Part shown: positions 52,265 to 62,834 of the stretch, piece by piece
How the letters are laid out: each line of letters starts with the position of its first letter
How positions within the stretch are numbered: the stretch's first letter is position 1
Source: Planctomycetota bacterium
Lineage (GTDB): Bacteria > Planctomycetota > UBA1135 > GCA-002748355
Direction of reading: 5' to 3'
NCBI GenBank assembly: GCA_020638795.1
Contig: JACKHW010000003.1
Location: forward strand, 338,027 to 402,026
Length of the DNA: 64,000 nucleotides
The notes under the pieces: model-generated
The model's input: only the letters and a program-made list of their open reading frames with translations
The model's database searches: none
What the model was told of the DNA's origin: nothing
Made by a program: the position numbers and the translations under genes

Positions 52265-53644
52265 ATGCCGATGAAAACCCTCTCTCTCGCCGCCGCCGCG
52301 TTCGCCTGCTTCGCGCCCGTCGCTGCCGCGCAGACGGCCCATCTCTGGGTGGATCCGTCGGCCGGTAACGACACCAACACCGGTACTCGCACCGCCCCCC
52401 TCAAGACGCTCGAGAAGGCCCTGACGGGTCGCAACTTCGATCTCGTCGTGCACGCGCTTCCCGGCACGTACGGCCCGAAGACCAACGGCGACTTCTGGGA
52501 TACCGCCAACAACAAGAGCAAGAAGATCAGCCTCAACGGCTTCAAGAACCTCAAGATCGTCGGTGAAGATCGAGCGACGTCCATCATCGACTTCAACGGC
52601 ATCGACGATGTGTGGTACGGCCTGTTCGGCATCGGTGGTGTCGGAACCGACAACATCGAGATCACGAACCTCACGTTCCAGAACGTCGGCATCGCGACGG
52701 TCTGGGGTTGTAGCCCCGTCAACACGACCGCCGGCTGCAAGAACATCGACATCCACGGCAACCTCTTCATCGACGCCGGCAGCGCGTTCATCTGCTGGGG
52801 TGGCTTCGACGTCGCGTTCCACGACAACGTCATCACGTCGACGACGGCGACTCCGACCTTCGTAGCGATCCGTCTGCGCACGCAGTATTTCAACGCAGCC
52901 GATGGCGATCGCACATACTGCTACAACAACGTGATCATCAACCATCACCACGGCATCAGCTACGCGAGCCGCAATCTCGCGCTGCAATGGATCTGCAACA
53001 ACGTGATCCTCAACGGGAACATAGGTTTCCCGGGCAGTGCACCGCCGGCACACGTCGTGCTCGAGAGCAACATCGCGTGGAACTGCACGACGCCTTACAG
53101 CTACACCGTGTCCGCGAGCAACCGCGTGGTCGACCCACTGCTCGTCGATGTCGCCAAGAACGACTTCCACCAGAAAGCGGGGTCCCCGTGCTTCGAAAAG
53201 GGCTACCCGGTGCCGACGGCGCTCTCGATGCGGAACGACTACTACGGCAACGCACGATGCAGCGATGGCGACGACGACCGTACCGCGCTTCCTGACATCG
53301 GCGTGCACGAAGTCACGGATGTCGATCTCAACGTGACCAACTGGGGCATCGGCAAGAGCGGCATCTTCACGAACAAGAGTTCGACGAGCTTCGCCGGCCC
53401 CGCGGTCTTCTTCTTCGCGTTCGGCAAGGCCGGCATCATGGCTCCGTCGGTCGGAAGCATCGGATTCGACCCTGCCACATTGCTCTTCTCGCTCGGGACT
53501 TCAGTGCCGGGCAGCGTGCCGCTGACCGTCCCCAACGACCCGACGCTCGCGGGCCTGCTGCTCTACGCGCAGTCGTGCGGACTCAAGAGCGTCTCGGGCG
53601 GCTTCTCGTGGAAGCCGTCCGCCGTTCTCGATCTCGAACTCTGA
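52265..53644 (+). CDS. secreted right-handed parallel beta-helix repeat protein
   Basis: The signal peptide is MPMKTLSLAAAAFACFAPVAAAQ. Repeated N.(I/V) beta-helix rungs follow (IEITNLTFQNVG, IDIHGNLFID, FHDNVITS, CYNNVIIN, ICNNVILNGN). Confidence 0.6.
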   Translation: MPMKTLSLAAAAFACFAPVAAAQTAHLWVDPSAGNDTNTGTRTAPLKTLEKALTGRNFDLVVHALPGTYGPKTNGDFWDTANNKSKKISLNGFKNLKIVGEDRATSIIDFNGIDDVWYGLFGIGGVGTDNIEITNLTFQNVGIATVWGCSPVNTTAGCKNIDIHGNLFIDAGSAFICWGGFDVAFHDNVITSTTATPTFVAIRLRTQYFNAADGDRTYCYNNVIINHHHGISYASRNLALQWICNNVILNGNIGFPGSAPPAHVVLESNIAWNCTTPYSYTVSASNRVVDPLLVDVAKNDFHQKAGSPCFEKGYPVPTALSMRNDYYGNARCSDGDDDRTALPDIGVHEVTDVDLNVTNWGIGKSGIFTNKSSTSFAGPAVFFFAFGKAGIMAPSVGSIGFDPATLLFSLGTSVPGSVPLTVPNDPTLAGLLLYAQSCGLKSVSGGFSWKPSAVLDLEL

Positions 53645-53671
53645 GCAAAGCATTTTCGACACCCGGGAAGC

Positions 53672-54421
53672 ATGGTGATTCTCCAACGCACGATGCATCC
53701 CGGTTGGTTGTCGAATTCATGGCTCGTCGGTGATCACGACGGCGGCCATGCTGTGCTGATCGACAGCGGCGGACCGATGGAACCGTTGATCGCCGCGCTC
53801 GAGGCACATCGCCTCACGTTGACGCATGTCCTCTGTACGCATCACCATCCGGACCACGTCGCACACAACGCCGACTGGAAGGCAAGGACGGGATGCGCGA
53901 TCTGCGGCGGTCGACACGAGCGGGACTTGTTCGCGGATCTCGACGTCGAACTCGAGGACGGACAGGAGCTACGCAGCGGCGACCTGCGCGTACGCGCTGT
54001 GTTCACACCAGGACACACGAAGGGGCAGATCGCCTTCTCGATCGACGATTCGTTGCTCGCGACGGGCGACACACTCTTTCGTGGCAGCATCGGAGGCACG
54101 CGTGGACATGGTCACGGCACGTACGAGCAGATTCGTCATTCGATCCTCGATACGCTGCTGTGCTTCCCGAAGGAGACGCGCATCTTGCCCGGACACTGCG
54201 ACACGACGAGCGTCGGACGCGAGCTCGAAGAGAACCCGTTCGTCCGGTTCTGGACCGGGCGCGATCGTGCGACCGAGACGCGTTGCACGGCTCTCGGACA
54301 GCCAGCGACCCTGCTCGTACGAGCCCGTGATTACGATGGCGGATCGAAGTGCCTCGTGCGCTTCGACGACGGCACGACCGATGTGGTGCCCGGATCCCGA
54401 GTCGTATCGGCCGAGGCGTGA
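53672..54421 (+). CDS. MBL-fold metallo-hydrolase (glyoxalase II-like) with a short C-terminal extension
   Basis: The metal motif is LCTHHHPDHVAHN (HxHxDH); later segments read FTPGHTKG and ILPGH. Confidence 0.8.
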   Translation: MVILQRTMHPGWLSNSWLVGDHDGGHAVLIDSGGPMEPLIAALEAHRLTLTHVLCTHHHPDHVAHNADWKARTGCAICGGRHERDLFADLDVELEDGQELRSGDLRVRAVFTPGHTKGQIAFSIDDSLLATGDTLFRGSIGGTRGHGHGTYEQIRHSILDTLLCFPKETRILPGHCDTTSVGRELEENPFVRFWTGRDRATETRCTALGQPATLLVRARDYDGGSKCLVRFDDGTTDVVPGSRVVSAEA

Positions 54422-54429
54422 CCACCGAG

Positions 54430-56754
54430 ATGTCGCTGGATTCACGACAAGCCGAAGAGGACGCCCCCCCGCGCTCGGGCATCGTGCGCACGGCGCTCTT
54501 CCTCGTGTTCGTCGCGGCGATCGAACTCGTCTATGCGCTCTACAATCCTCCGCTTCACAACCCCGACGAACTCTCCCACCTACAGAACGCAGCGTGGTGG
54601 CGTGACGAAGGAACGTGGTCGGACCCGTACGCGGAGACCGAACGCATCCAACAGGACCACCACCCACCGTATGCGGGAATCGTCGGGGGACTCGTCCTGA
54701 AGCTGACCGAAGGCCTCTTCGACGACGCCGAGCCTTTGGCGCTCCCCGGCCCCTACGACATCACGCTCGAACCCGGGCGCCGCGAACGCGTGCGCATGAG
54801 CGACGCGCTCGCCCCTGCTCGACTCGGTCAGCTGTACGTGTTGCGCGGCATCATCGCGTTGCATCAAGTGCTGCTCGCGTTCTTCCTGCTGCGCATCGCG
54901 GACTTCGTGTGGCGCGATCGGCGACGCTTTGCATTCGCGATGGCGCTCGCGTGCTGTGCGATTCCCCAGGTCGCGATGAACGGCGCCGCGCTCACACCGG
55001 ACACACCGCTCGCGGCGTTCTCGACGGCAGCGTTGTGGTTCGCGCTTCGCGCTGCCGCAGGTGGCGGTTCGAATCTGCGTCTCGGGATCTGGACCGGATC
55101 GTTCTTCGGACTCGCGCTGTGGTGCAAGTCCGGTGCGATCTTCTTGATTCCGACTCTGGGAGTCGTCGCCCTGCTACGTGCGCACTCGATGCGCAGCCTG
55201 CGGGCGGGTCTCGCGTATCTCGGAATCGCAGGTGTGGTCACGTTGATCGTCGGCGGCTTCTGGTACGTGAGGAACGTCTGGCTGCACGGCGATCCATTCC
55301 ACATGCACGTACTCGTCGAGACGTACGCGTTCGCGATGCGACGCGAACCCGCGACCGCGACATTCGTCGAAGTCACGCTGTGGGACATCTTCCGAACGTT
55401 CTTCGGCTTCTGGAATCGCGAGATCCTACTGCCGCGTCCAGGCATCCTCGCGCTCGCCGGCGTCTGCGGTGCCGCGGCACTCGGTATTGCGCTCCTCGTG
55501 CGTCGCAGCGTTCGTTGCGAAGTGCCGCGACAAGCGCTCGTCGCGATTCCGGTCGCGCTCACCGCGCTCGCGACGCTCTTGACGCTGACCTTGATGGGCA
55601 ACTTCGTCTTCCCGTCGGCCCAAGGACGCTACCTCTACCCGGCACTCGGCGGTTTTCTCGTCCTACTCGGAACCGGTCTGCGCGTGGCCGGAAGAATGCG
55701 CACCGACGGGCGCATGTCGTACGTCGTCGCTGCCGGCTGGATCGCGTGCACGTTCTGGGGGTTCTCGTACTCGGTGTTGTCCAAGTACTACTCGTTGCAC
55801 AGCCGTGCGAAGGGCGAAGGACAGGTGCTCTTCTACGACGATTGCGGCTCGCCGAACAGGCAGCCACACCTCGTACCGGGGTCCGGTTTGACCCCACCCG
55901 ACGAAGGCATGCTCGGAAGGGTCGTGCCATGGCGCACGATCAACGGACATCCTGTCGCCGTCGTGTATCGCTTCGAGCTCCCCCAAGATGCACCGAAGGA
56001 CGACCTGCAGGTGCGTGTCACGTACTACAACCCCGATCCGACGACACCCTTCGTTGCGCACGAGCGCGGACAGTTCGTCTACACGACACAACGGCTTCGG
56101 GCGAACGGAACGCTGCTGCACGACGAAATCGAGATCACGAGCGAGCCGAAGGAGTTCGTCTTCCCGATTCCGAAGTCGGCACTCGACAAGCGGGCCGAAC
56201 TCGAACTGAAGTTCGAGAAGGTCGCAGGGATCGCCGCGTGCGTCGCCGAGATTTGGATCGAACGTCGCTGGCTCACCGTGCGCGAAGCAGGCAAAGCTCG
56301 CATCGTCACGAATCGCACGAACCGCATGTTGCCCGCGATCTGCGTCGCCGGCGAAGGCGCTGCGCAGGAAGAACTCCATCAAGACTTGGGTCCCGGCGAC
56401 GAGGTCCGCATCGACCAACCAGGGTTCCGCGTCGCATTGCTCGAACTCGCATCGCCGTGGATGCTGCGCGAAGCCGAAGCCCACAAGACGAAGTCCTCGC
56501 GTTGGTTCGGCCATCAAGCCGCGAGTGGCGGCTACTTCTTGCGCGGCGAGGGAAGCGTCGCCACGCTGCCGTTCAGAACCGATCTCGAGGGCGGAGAGTT
56601 CCGGGCACGCATCATCGAAGGCGATGAACGCGAGTGGAAGTGGATCCAACCGCCCGGAAAGCGTGACGCTGAAGGCAATCTCGACATCACGTTCGAAAGC
56701 CGCTTCGACCTCGACTACGTCGAACTCATTGGCGGACTGCGGCCGGGGTTCTAG
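54430..56754 (+). CDS. GT39/ArnT-like (phospholipid-carrier-dependent) glycosyltransferase with a large C-terminal soluble domain
   Basis: A multi-TM N-terminal half carries an early-loop DE motif (LHNPDELSHLQNAAWW). About 330 aa of C-terminal domain have unknown function. The start is the ATG at 54430. Confidence 0.55.
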   Translation: MSLDSRQAEEDAPPRSGIVRTALFLVFVAAIELVYALYNPPLHNPDELSHLQNAAWWRDEGTWSDPYAETERIQQDHHPPYAGIVGGLVLKLTEGLFDDAEPLALPGPYDITLEPGRRERVRMSDALAPARLGQLYVLRGIIALHQVLLAFFLLRIADFVWRDRRRFAFAMALACCAIPQVAMNGAALTPDTPLAAFSTAALWFALRAAAGGGSNLRLGIWTGSFFGLALWCKSGAIFLIPTLGVVALLRAHSMRSLRAGLAYLGIAGVVTLIVGGFWYVRNVWLHGDPFHMHVLVETYAFAMRREPATATFVEVTLWDIFRTFFGFWNREILLPRPGILALAGVCGAAALGIALLVRRSVRCEVPRQALVAIPVALTALATLLTLTLMGNFVFPSAQGRYLYPALGGFLVLLGTGLRVAGRMRTDGRMSYVVAAGWIACTFWGFSYSVLSKYYSLHSRAKGEGQVLFYDDCGSPNRQPHLVPGSGLTPPDEGMLGRVVPWRTINGHPVAVVYRFELPQDAPKDDLQVRVTYYNPDPTTPFVAHERGQFVYTTQRLRANGTLLHDEIEITSEPKEFVFPIPKSALDKRAELELKFEKVAGIAACVAEIWIERRWLTVREAGKARIVTNRTNRMLPAICVAGEGAAQEELHQDLGPGDEVRIDQPGFRVALLELASPWMLREAEAHKTKSSRWFGHQAASGGYFLRGEGSVATLPFRTDLEGGEFRARIIEGDEREWKWIQPPGKRDAEGNLDITFESRFDLDYVELIGGLRPGF

Positions 56755-56880
56755 CGAGCGCTAGCGCTGCTTCGTCGGGTTCCCGCGCGTCGCGCGTGAT
56801 TGGATCTGCTGGACCGCTCGTGCTGCGGCGTCCGTGCTGGTCGTGGCAGTGGTGTCCGTTGCAGTGCTGTCCCTTCCCTC

Positions 56881-57027
56881 GGCTCGAGCTCCGAGAAGCG
56901 CGGGGGCGGGCCTGCCGCCGGCTCTCGTCGCCCTCGCGCCGGTCGCCCCCCTCGATACTGATGTCACGTGGCGACCGACCGACGCGAGAGCTTTGGAGAG
57001 GCGCGGGGCAGGCGGGAGGGGCCGTCC
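56881..57027 (+). repeat. REP-like element copy D
   Basis: It has the same arms as copy A. The hairpin loop is replaced by a longer insert, CCCCTCGATACTGATGTCACGTG. Confidence 0.8.
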
Positions 57028-57186
57028 AAAGTTGACGTAGCGATCGAAGAGCACATCCAACTTCGCGTATTCGATCGTTGCTTTCATGGAAGTGTGCGGT
57101 AGCATGCTTCGAACAACATATGCTGAATCAAAAGACACGTCGGTAGCCGCTTCCAATCTGTGGTGGCTCCACGCTGGGAACGCAGG

Positions 57187-57876
57187 ATGAAATCTCGAAC
57201 GAAGAAGCGCGGCGTGCAGGGAATGCTGTTCGGGCCTGGGCGCGGCGGCAAGCGACTCGGCGCCGGTCGCAAACCGAAGGGCGAACGTGCGGGAGTCTCC
57301 CACGCGGCTCGCACGAAACTCGCGAAGCGCTTCCCCGTTCACGTCACGATGCGCATCGCTGCAGGTCTACCATCGCTGCGGAATCCGCACACCGAACAGT
57401 CCTTGCGTGCGGTCTTCTGCGCGATGAAGCCTCGCCGCGGCTTTCGCATCGTGCACTACTCGATTCAGACCAATCATGTGCACCTGATCATCGAAGCGGA
57501 GAGCACGACTGCGCTCTCGCGTGGCATGCAATCCCTCGCGATCCGCATGGCGCAGACGCTCAATCACGACTGGGGCCGCAAGGGAAAGGTCTTCGGCGAT
57601 CGCTACCACGCCTCGATCCTCGATAGTCCGCGACGCGTCCGGAACGCGATCCTCTATGTGCTCAAGAACGCGTGGAGGCATGGGCGAGACGTGCGCGGCG
57701 TGCTCGACCGGTTCGCATCGGGATGGTGTTTCACGGGTTGGCGCGAGAAGGTCAAGGTGAACGGGGTCGACGATTTCGAAGTCCCGGTCGAGGATCCACG
57801 GACCTGGCTCCTGCGCGTCGGTTGGAAGAAGCACGGCCGCATCGGCATCCACGAGCTACCGAAGTCGTCGCCATGA
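57187..57876 (+). CDS. IS200-like / REP-associated tyrosine transposase (HUH Y1 family), copy 2
   Basis: It has NHVHLIIEA and ILYVLKNAWRHG, with only a handful of substitutions versus copy 1. About 300 bp upstream is also conserved between the two copies. Confidence 0.85.
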   Translation: MKSRTKKRGVQGMLFGPGRGGKRLGAGRKPKGERAGVSHAARTKLAKRFPVHVTMRIAAGLPSLRNPHTEQSLRAVFCAMKPRRGFRIVHYSIQTNHVHLIIEAESTTALSRGMQSLAIRMAQTLNHDWGRKGKVFGDRYHASILDSPRRVRNAILYVLKNAWRHGRDVRGVLDRFASGWCFTGWREKVKVNGVDDFEVPVEDPRTWLLRVGWKKHGRIGIHELPKSSP

Positions 57877-58049
57877 AAGCGCCGCGGTAGCACATCGGAT
57901 CCTAGCGACATCCGAACCCGCAGGGCAAATCGAGGTTTCGACGCGATGGCGCAGGTCGCAATACGTGGAGGCACAAGATACGTCGCGCCGCTCTCAGGCC
58001 TCGCGCGTTCGGCCCCTTCAGGCGCACGTTCCCGTCGCGGCCCTGCCGG

Positions 58050-58250
58050 TCCTCCAAAATGATGTCGGACGGCGGACGCTGCTTGCGCACGCGCATCAGC
58101 AAGTCCACGACATCCCCCAGCGGAGTCGTCCCTGTGCAGCACAGTGCAGCTCGAGATCGATCTCGCAGCGGATCGATGTCCTGCTCGCCTTCCTTGTAGC
58201 GGCGAGTCCACTTGTAGCCCGCAACCCAAGTCGCCATGCCGGCCATGCGT
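58050..58250 (-). pseudogene. IS481-family transposase fragment
   Basis: Reads ...KWTRRYKEGEQDIDPLRDRSRAALC...DVVDLLMRVRKQRP and lacks both the start and the catalytic domain. Confidence 0.6.
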
Positions 58251-58299
58251 CAACCATGGAGTCGGTCCGAACTTTCAGCTATGCAACCGGTCTGCACCC

Positions 58300-58767
58300 G
58301 GTCCCATCTGCCGTCGAAGACTGACCTTTGAAGTCCGTGCACCACACCGCATTCGGATGCTGACCGCGTGGCTCCAAGTCCTCCTGACTCATCGGCGTGC
58401 GTCGTCGACGATGGCGCGCCTTCGTCATCCCGAACCGCTTCAGGATCGAACCGATCGTGCTCGCAGCGGGTACCCCCTATTGCGGGCACTCGTGCAGCAG
58501 GTACGCACGGATCTTCTTGGGACCCCAAGTCGGACGCTGCTTGCCTATGCGAATCAGCAAGTCCACGACATCCTCCATGGTCGTCCACGGATGGCAAAGT
58601 GGAGCTCGAGATCGATCTCGAAGTGAATCAATGTCCTGGTTGCCTTCCTTGTGGCGACGGGTCCACTTGTGGCCCGTCTGACGACTCACGCCGTACCTCC
58701 GACACAGGTCAGCCATCGACAACTCGCCGCTCACCCATTCCGAGATGAACTGAACTCGCTCTTTCAT
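58300..58767 (-). pseudogene. IS481-family transposase 5' fragment with frameshift
   Basis: MKERVQFISEWVSGELSMADLCRRYGVSRQTGHKWTRRHKEGNQDIDSLRDRSR...RPTWGPKKIRAYLL, then a frame break. Another frame reads ...GMTKARHRRRTPMSQEDLEPRGQHPNAVWCTDFKGQ. Confidence 0.7.
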
Positions 58768-59083
58768 GGTGCACGTCTGATTCCATGGCATGCGACAACG
58801 CAAGTCGCCATGCCGGCCATGCGTCAACCATGAAGTCAGACAGTGTCAGCCATGTAGTCGGTCTGAACTGTCAGCTATGTAACCGGTCTGCCCCCCCACC
58901 CCGCGACCCGGCCCGCAACAGCACATCTGCCGAATCAGAAATCGAACGTCCACGCGACGATGTCGATCGAGGCGGCGAATCGAAGCGCGCGTCGATCCAG
59001 CGTCGACAAACGCGGTCGGCAGTTCCGCTGCGCGCGCCATGTTGCAGCACGCACCAAGGCTTGCGAACAAGCACCCACCACCA

Positions 59084-59126
59084 GGACGGCCCCTCCCACC
59101 TGCCCCGCGCTTCTCGGAGCTCGAGC
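59084..59126 (-). repeat. REP-like element copy E (inverted, central hairpin deleted)
   Basis: GGACGGCCCCTCCCACCTGCCCCGCG is joined directly to CTTCTCGGAGCTCGAGC. About 85 bp of hairpin core present in copy B is missing. Confidence 0.75.
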
Positions 59127-59223
59127 TGAGGGAAGGGGCAGCTCACACCTCGCACGACGAGCAGGCAGCACGATCAGGACCGATCGCGGCGACGAGAGCA
59201 CCGCACTGCCGTGCAAGCACGAC

Positions 59224-61506
59224 TCACTCGCCGCGATGTCGCTGCTCGACGCCCGCGAGCATCGAAATCGCCGTCGCTTCCTGGATGACGTCGCCGACGC
59301 TCGCGTAGCGCGTGACGAGACCGATCGGACTCGTGAGGCCGACGAGCAGTGGTCCGATCACCGCCGAAGCACCGAAGTGCTGCGCGATCTTGTAGCTGAT
59401 GTTGCCGGCGGCGAGATTCGGAAACACGAGCACATTCGCCTTGCCTTCGAGGTGCGAGAACGGGAAGTGCTCTTGGCGGAACTCCGGCATCAATGCCGTG
59501 TCGGCCTGCATCTCACCATCGACGATCAAATCGTCACCACATCGTTCGCGAATGATCTCGGACGCGCGCGCCATCTTGCGTGCTTCGCCATCCTCGACCG
59601 ATCCGAAGTTGGAGAAGCTCAACAGCGCGACCTTCGGAGCGACACCGAATTGACGCGCGAGCCGCGCAGTCGAAATCGCGATCTCCGCGATGCCCTCGGC
59701 TGACGGGGAGATCTGCGCGGTCGTGTCGGCGAAGAAATACGGCTCGTTGCGATGGACGACCAGGTGCACACCCGCTGCCCGCGCACATCCCTCGCGCAAC
59801 CCGACGATCCTCAGCAACGGTCCGAGCATGTTGGGGAAGCTGTCGGCGAGCCCGGCGACCATGCCATCCGCGTCGTTCATCGCGAGCATCATCGACGCGA
59901 ACGGGAGGCGCCACTTCATCGCGCGTTGCGCGAGGAATCGACTGACGCCCTTCCGCTGCCGTCGCTCGAAGAGAGCTTTCCAATAGCGCTCGTAGTGCGC
60001 CGAACGCGCGGGGTCGATGATCTCGATCCGTCCATCGCTCAAGTGATCGGCGAGTTCGAGTCGCTCGATCTCACGGCGGATCGCGCTCGGATCTCCGATC
60101 AGCACCGGCTTCGCGAGGCGATCTTCGACGAGCGTGACGGCTGCTTTCAGGACCTTCTCGTGATCCCCTTCCGGGAAGACGATGCGCTTGCAATGCGCCC
60201 GCGCTTCGTGACTCATGAAGCGCAACAGCTGGCTGTGCTGTCCGAGCCGAGCACCGAGTCCTTGGACGTATTCGTCCCAGTCCTCGATCACGTGGCGCGC
60301 GATGCCGGATGCGCATGCCGCTCGTGCCACGGCCGGCGCGACGCGCGTCAGCACGCGCGGGTCCATCGGCTTCGGAATCAAGTATTCGGGTCCGAACTCG
60401 AACTGCGAACCGCCGTAGGCATGACTCACGGTACTCGGCACGGGCTCTCGCGCGAGTTCGGCGATCGCATGCACTGCCGCGAGTTTCATGCCTTCGTCGA
60501 TCGCGCGCGCGCGCACGTCGAGCGCGCCACGGAACAGGTACGGGAAGCCGAGGACGTTGTTGACTTGGTTCGGGTGGTCGGATCGACCCGTGCACACGAT
60601 CGCGTCCGGGCGCACGCGCCGAGCTTCCTCGTACGGGATCTCGGGATCGGGGTTGGAGAGTGCCATCACGAGCGGCCGGTCGGCCATCTTCTCGATCATC
60701 GCCCCGGTCATGATTCCGCCGCGCGACAAACCGACGAAGACGTCGGCACCGACGAGCGCCTCTTCGAGACTCTCGAGCTCGGTCTCGCGAACGAATGGCC
60801 GCTTGTATTCGTTGGGTTCGTCACCGCGTCCCGTGCGGAGCACGCCTTGCGAGTCGCAGACGATCAGGTTCGATCGTTCGACGCCGAGCAGCAGCATCAT
60901 GTTGGCGCAAGCGAGCGCCGATGCACCGGCGCCCGAAAAGACCACGCGCACATCCGATGCGCTGCGATCGCAGAGTTCGAGCCAATTGAGGAACGCCGCT
61001 CCGGAAATGATCGCTGTCCCATGCTGATCGTCGTGGAACACCGGAATGTCCATTTCTGCCGAAAGACGGCGTTCGATCTCGAAACACTCGGGCGCCTTGA
61101 TGTCTTCGAGATTCACCCCACCGAACGTCGGCTCGAGGGCCTTGACGGTCTTACAGAACGCGTCGACGTCCTTGCAATCGAGTTCGATGTCGAATACGTC
61201 GATGTCGGCGAAGCGCTTGAACAAGATTGCCTTCCCTTCCATCACCGGCTTTGCCGCCAACGGTCCGATGTCTCCGAGCCCGAGGACGGCCGTTCCGTTG
61301 GACACGACCGCGACGAGGTTGCCACGGGCCGTGTAGAGGAAGCTGTCCTCCGGGCGCTTCGCGATTTCACGACAGGGCTCGGCGACTCCAGGGCTGTAGG
61401 CCAGCGAGAGATCCTGTTGGGAATACGAAGGCTTCGTCGGGTGAATCTCCAGCTTCCCGGGCCTTCCCTCGCTGTGATACGCGAGGGCATCTTGCGGTCG
61501 TACCAT
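59224..61506 (-). CDS. maeB: NADP-dependent malic enzyme (malic enzyme plus phosphotransacetylase-like domain)
   Basis: Starts [26 protein letters not shown]...[16 protein letters not shown] and contains [10 protein letters not shown]. The C-terminal PTA-like domain is about 330 aa. Confidence 0.9.
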   Translation of the reverse strand: MVRPQDALAYHSEGRPGKLEIHPTKPSYSQQDLSLAYSPGVAEPCREIAKRPEDSFLYTARGNLVAVVSNGTAVLGLGDIGPLAAKPVMEGKAILFKRFADIDVFDIELDCKDVDAFCKTVKALEPTFGGVNLEDIKAPECFEIERRLSAEMDIPVFHDDQHGTAIISGAAFLNWLELCDRSASDVRVVFSGAGASALACANMMLLLGVERSNLIVCDSQGVLRTGRGDEPNEYKRPFVRETELESLEEALVGADVFVGLSRGGIMTGAMIEKMADRPLVMALSNPDPEIPYEEARRVRPDAIVCTGRSDHPNQVNNVLGFPYLFRGALDVRARAIDEGMKLAAVHAIAELAREPVPSTVSHAYGGSQFEFGPEYLIPKPMDPRVLTRVAPAVARAACASGIARHVIEDWDEYVQGLGARLGQHSQLLRFMSHEARAHCKRIVFPEGDHEKVLKAAVTLVEDRLAKPVLIGDPSAIRREIERLELADHLSDGRIEIIDPARSAHYERYWKALFERRQRKGVSRFLAQRAMKWRLPFASMMLAMNDADGMVAGLADSFPNMLGPLLRIVGLREGCARAAGVHLVVHRNEPYFFADTTAQISPSAEGIAEIAISTARLARQFGVAPKVALLSFSNFGSVEDGEARKMARASEIIRERCGDDLIVDGEMQADTALMPEFRQEHFPFSHLEGKANVLVFPNLAAGNISYKIAQHFGASAVIGPLLVGLTSPIGLVTRYASVGDVIQEATAISMLAGVEQRHRGE

Positions 61507-61594
61507 GCGTCGTTCGTCTCCTACTCGGCATGTTCGCGTGCGAAGCGCCCTACGTAAACGAGTAGAATCCACGCCGTTCATCGGGGACCCGCAG

Positions 61595-62806
61595 ATGACG
61601 ATCCTCAATCACCGCCTGACGCACATCGTGCTCGTCAGCCTGTTCGCGACGCCGATCTCTGCGCAACGGACCTACATCGTCGATGCAGCGAACGGACCGG
61701 GCACCGACTTCACGGCGCTGCAGGCCGCCTGCGATGCCGCGAATCACGGGGACACGCTCCTCGTCAGGCCCGGGATCTATACAGATACCATCGTTCGCAA
61801 GGGCATCGCGATCGTCGGCCAACCGGGCGTGCGCATCTACGGCTTCAACAGCCCGGGGCTCACGATCACGTCCATGCCGGCCGGCAGAACGTGCACGGTC
61901 GCACGCGTCGAGTCCTACCGCTTCACCTATGGTGGCCCGATCACGCTCGTGACGGACTGCGCCGGGGCGGTGCACCTCGAGGGCCTGCAAAGCCAGCCGT
62001 TGATCACGCCGGGGATCCAGGAGAGCGGCCTCGCGATTCGCCGTTCGGTCCAAGTGACCGTAAACGGCGCCACGATCGAGTGCGGCCTCGTGGGTGAGAA
62101 GAGCACGTTCGCGATCACTGATTCGTTGCTGATCGGCCGATCGACCCTCGCGGTCGATATCCGTGTCCCGAGCACGCCAGGATTGAAGGCAATGGACAGC
62201 GACCTCGAAGTCGCCGGCACCTCGATCCGAGGCGGTGATTCGGGGTGGACGCTCTGGGGGATCGAACTCGCGTCGCCCGCAGTCTTCCTCGAAGGATCAC
62301 GCGCGAGCATCGCGGGCGACTCGGTGTCGCTGCGTGCCGGAAACGAACAGTACGCGGCTCCGGGCATGACCGCGATGTGGGTCGATCGGGGTGTCGCGCA
62401 CGTTGCTCCGACCGTGAATCTCGTCCCTTCGGGCAAAGCACTACCGTACTGGACCTCGGGGACAGGACGCGTCGTCTCGGTCGATCAGCCGAGCCTCTCG
62501 GCCACTTCGACGGCGCCCGGCGGCGCGATCGCGACCGACGTCTTCGGTCGGGCCTCGTCCGTCGGGGCGCTCGTCATCGGCGTGCCCGCCCCTCGACAGA
62601 TCGTCCTGAACGGCGGCCTCTGGATCGACCCGAGCTCGTTGACCTACGACGCGATCTTCGCGTTGGCGCCCTCCCGGCATCGAATCGGGGCGATCCCGAT
62701 CCCGATGGACGCAAAACTGCACGGCGTCGCGGTCGCGATGCAGGCGATCGAACTGTACGCTTCGACTCTGTCGATCTCGGCCCCCGCGACGATCGTCCTC
62801 TACTGA
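61595..62806 (+). CDS. hypothetical secreted protein (beta-helix-like)
   Basis: The signal peptide is MTILNHRLTHIVLVSLFATPISAQ, followed by YIVDAANGPGTDFTALQAACDAANHGDTLLVRPGIY. Confidence 0.5.
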   Translation: MTILNHRLTHIVLVSLFATPISAQRTYIVDAANGPGTDFTALQAACDAANHGDTLLVRPGIYTDTIVRKGIAIVGQPGVRIYGFNSPGLTITSMPAGRTCTVARVESYRFTYGGPITLVTDCAGAVHLEGLQSQPLITPGIQESGLAIRRSVQVTVNGATIECGLVGEKSTFAITDSLLIGRSTLAVDIRVPSTPGLKAMDSDLEVAGTSIRGGDSGWTLWGIELASPAVFLEGSRASIAGDSVSLRAGNEQYAAPGMTAMWVDRGVAHVAPTVNLVPSGKALPYWTSGTGRVVSVDQPSLSATSTAPGGAIATDVFGRASSVGALVIGVPAPRQIVLNGGLWIDPSSLTYDAIFALAPSRHRIGAIPIPMDAKLHGVAVAMQAIELYASTLSISAPATIVLY

Positions 62807-62834
62807 CCGTCGATATCCCGTCGTTCGATCTGCC

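Larger units (their letters stand above)
56881..59126. mobile_element. mosaic mobile-element relic 2 (same architecture as 13527-15730)
   Basis: It contains, in order: a REP-like element, the RAYT gene, two tandem IS481 5' fragments and an inverted truncated REP-like element. Confidence 0.7.

Noticed and set aside
13527-59126. The 41-kb block between the two RAYT islands might be a composite transposon or genomic island.
   Set aside because: The block carries core genes (rpmE2, rpmB, lgt, pyrC, maeB is just outside). I saw no integrase, tRNA attachment site or compositional break. RAYT/IS200-type enzymes are not known to move large composite segments. I kept it only as a recombination-substrate observation.
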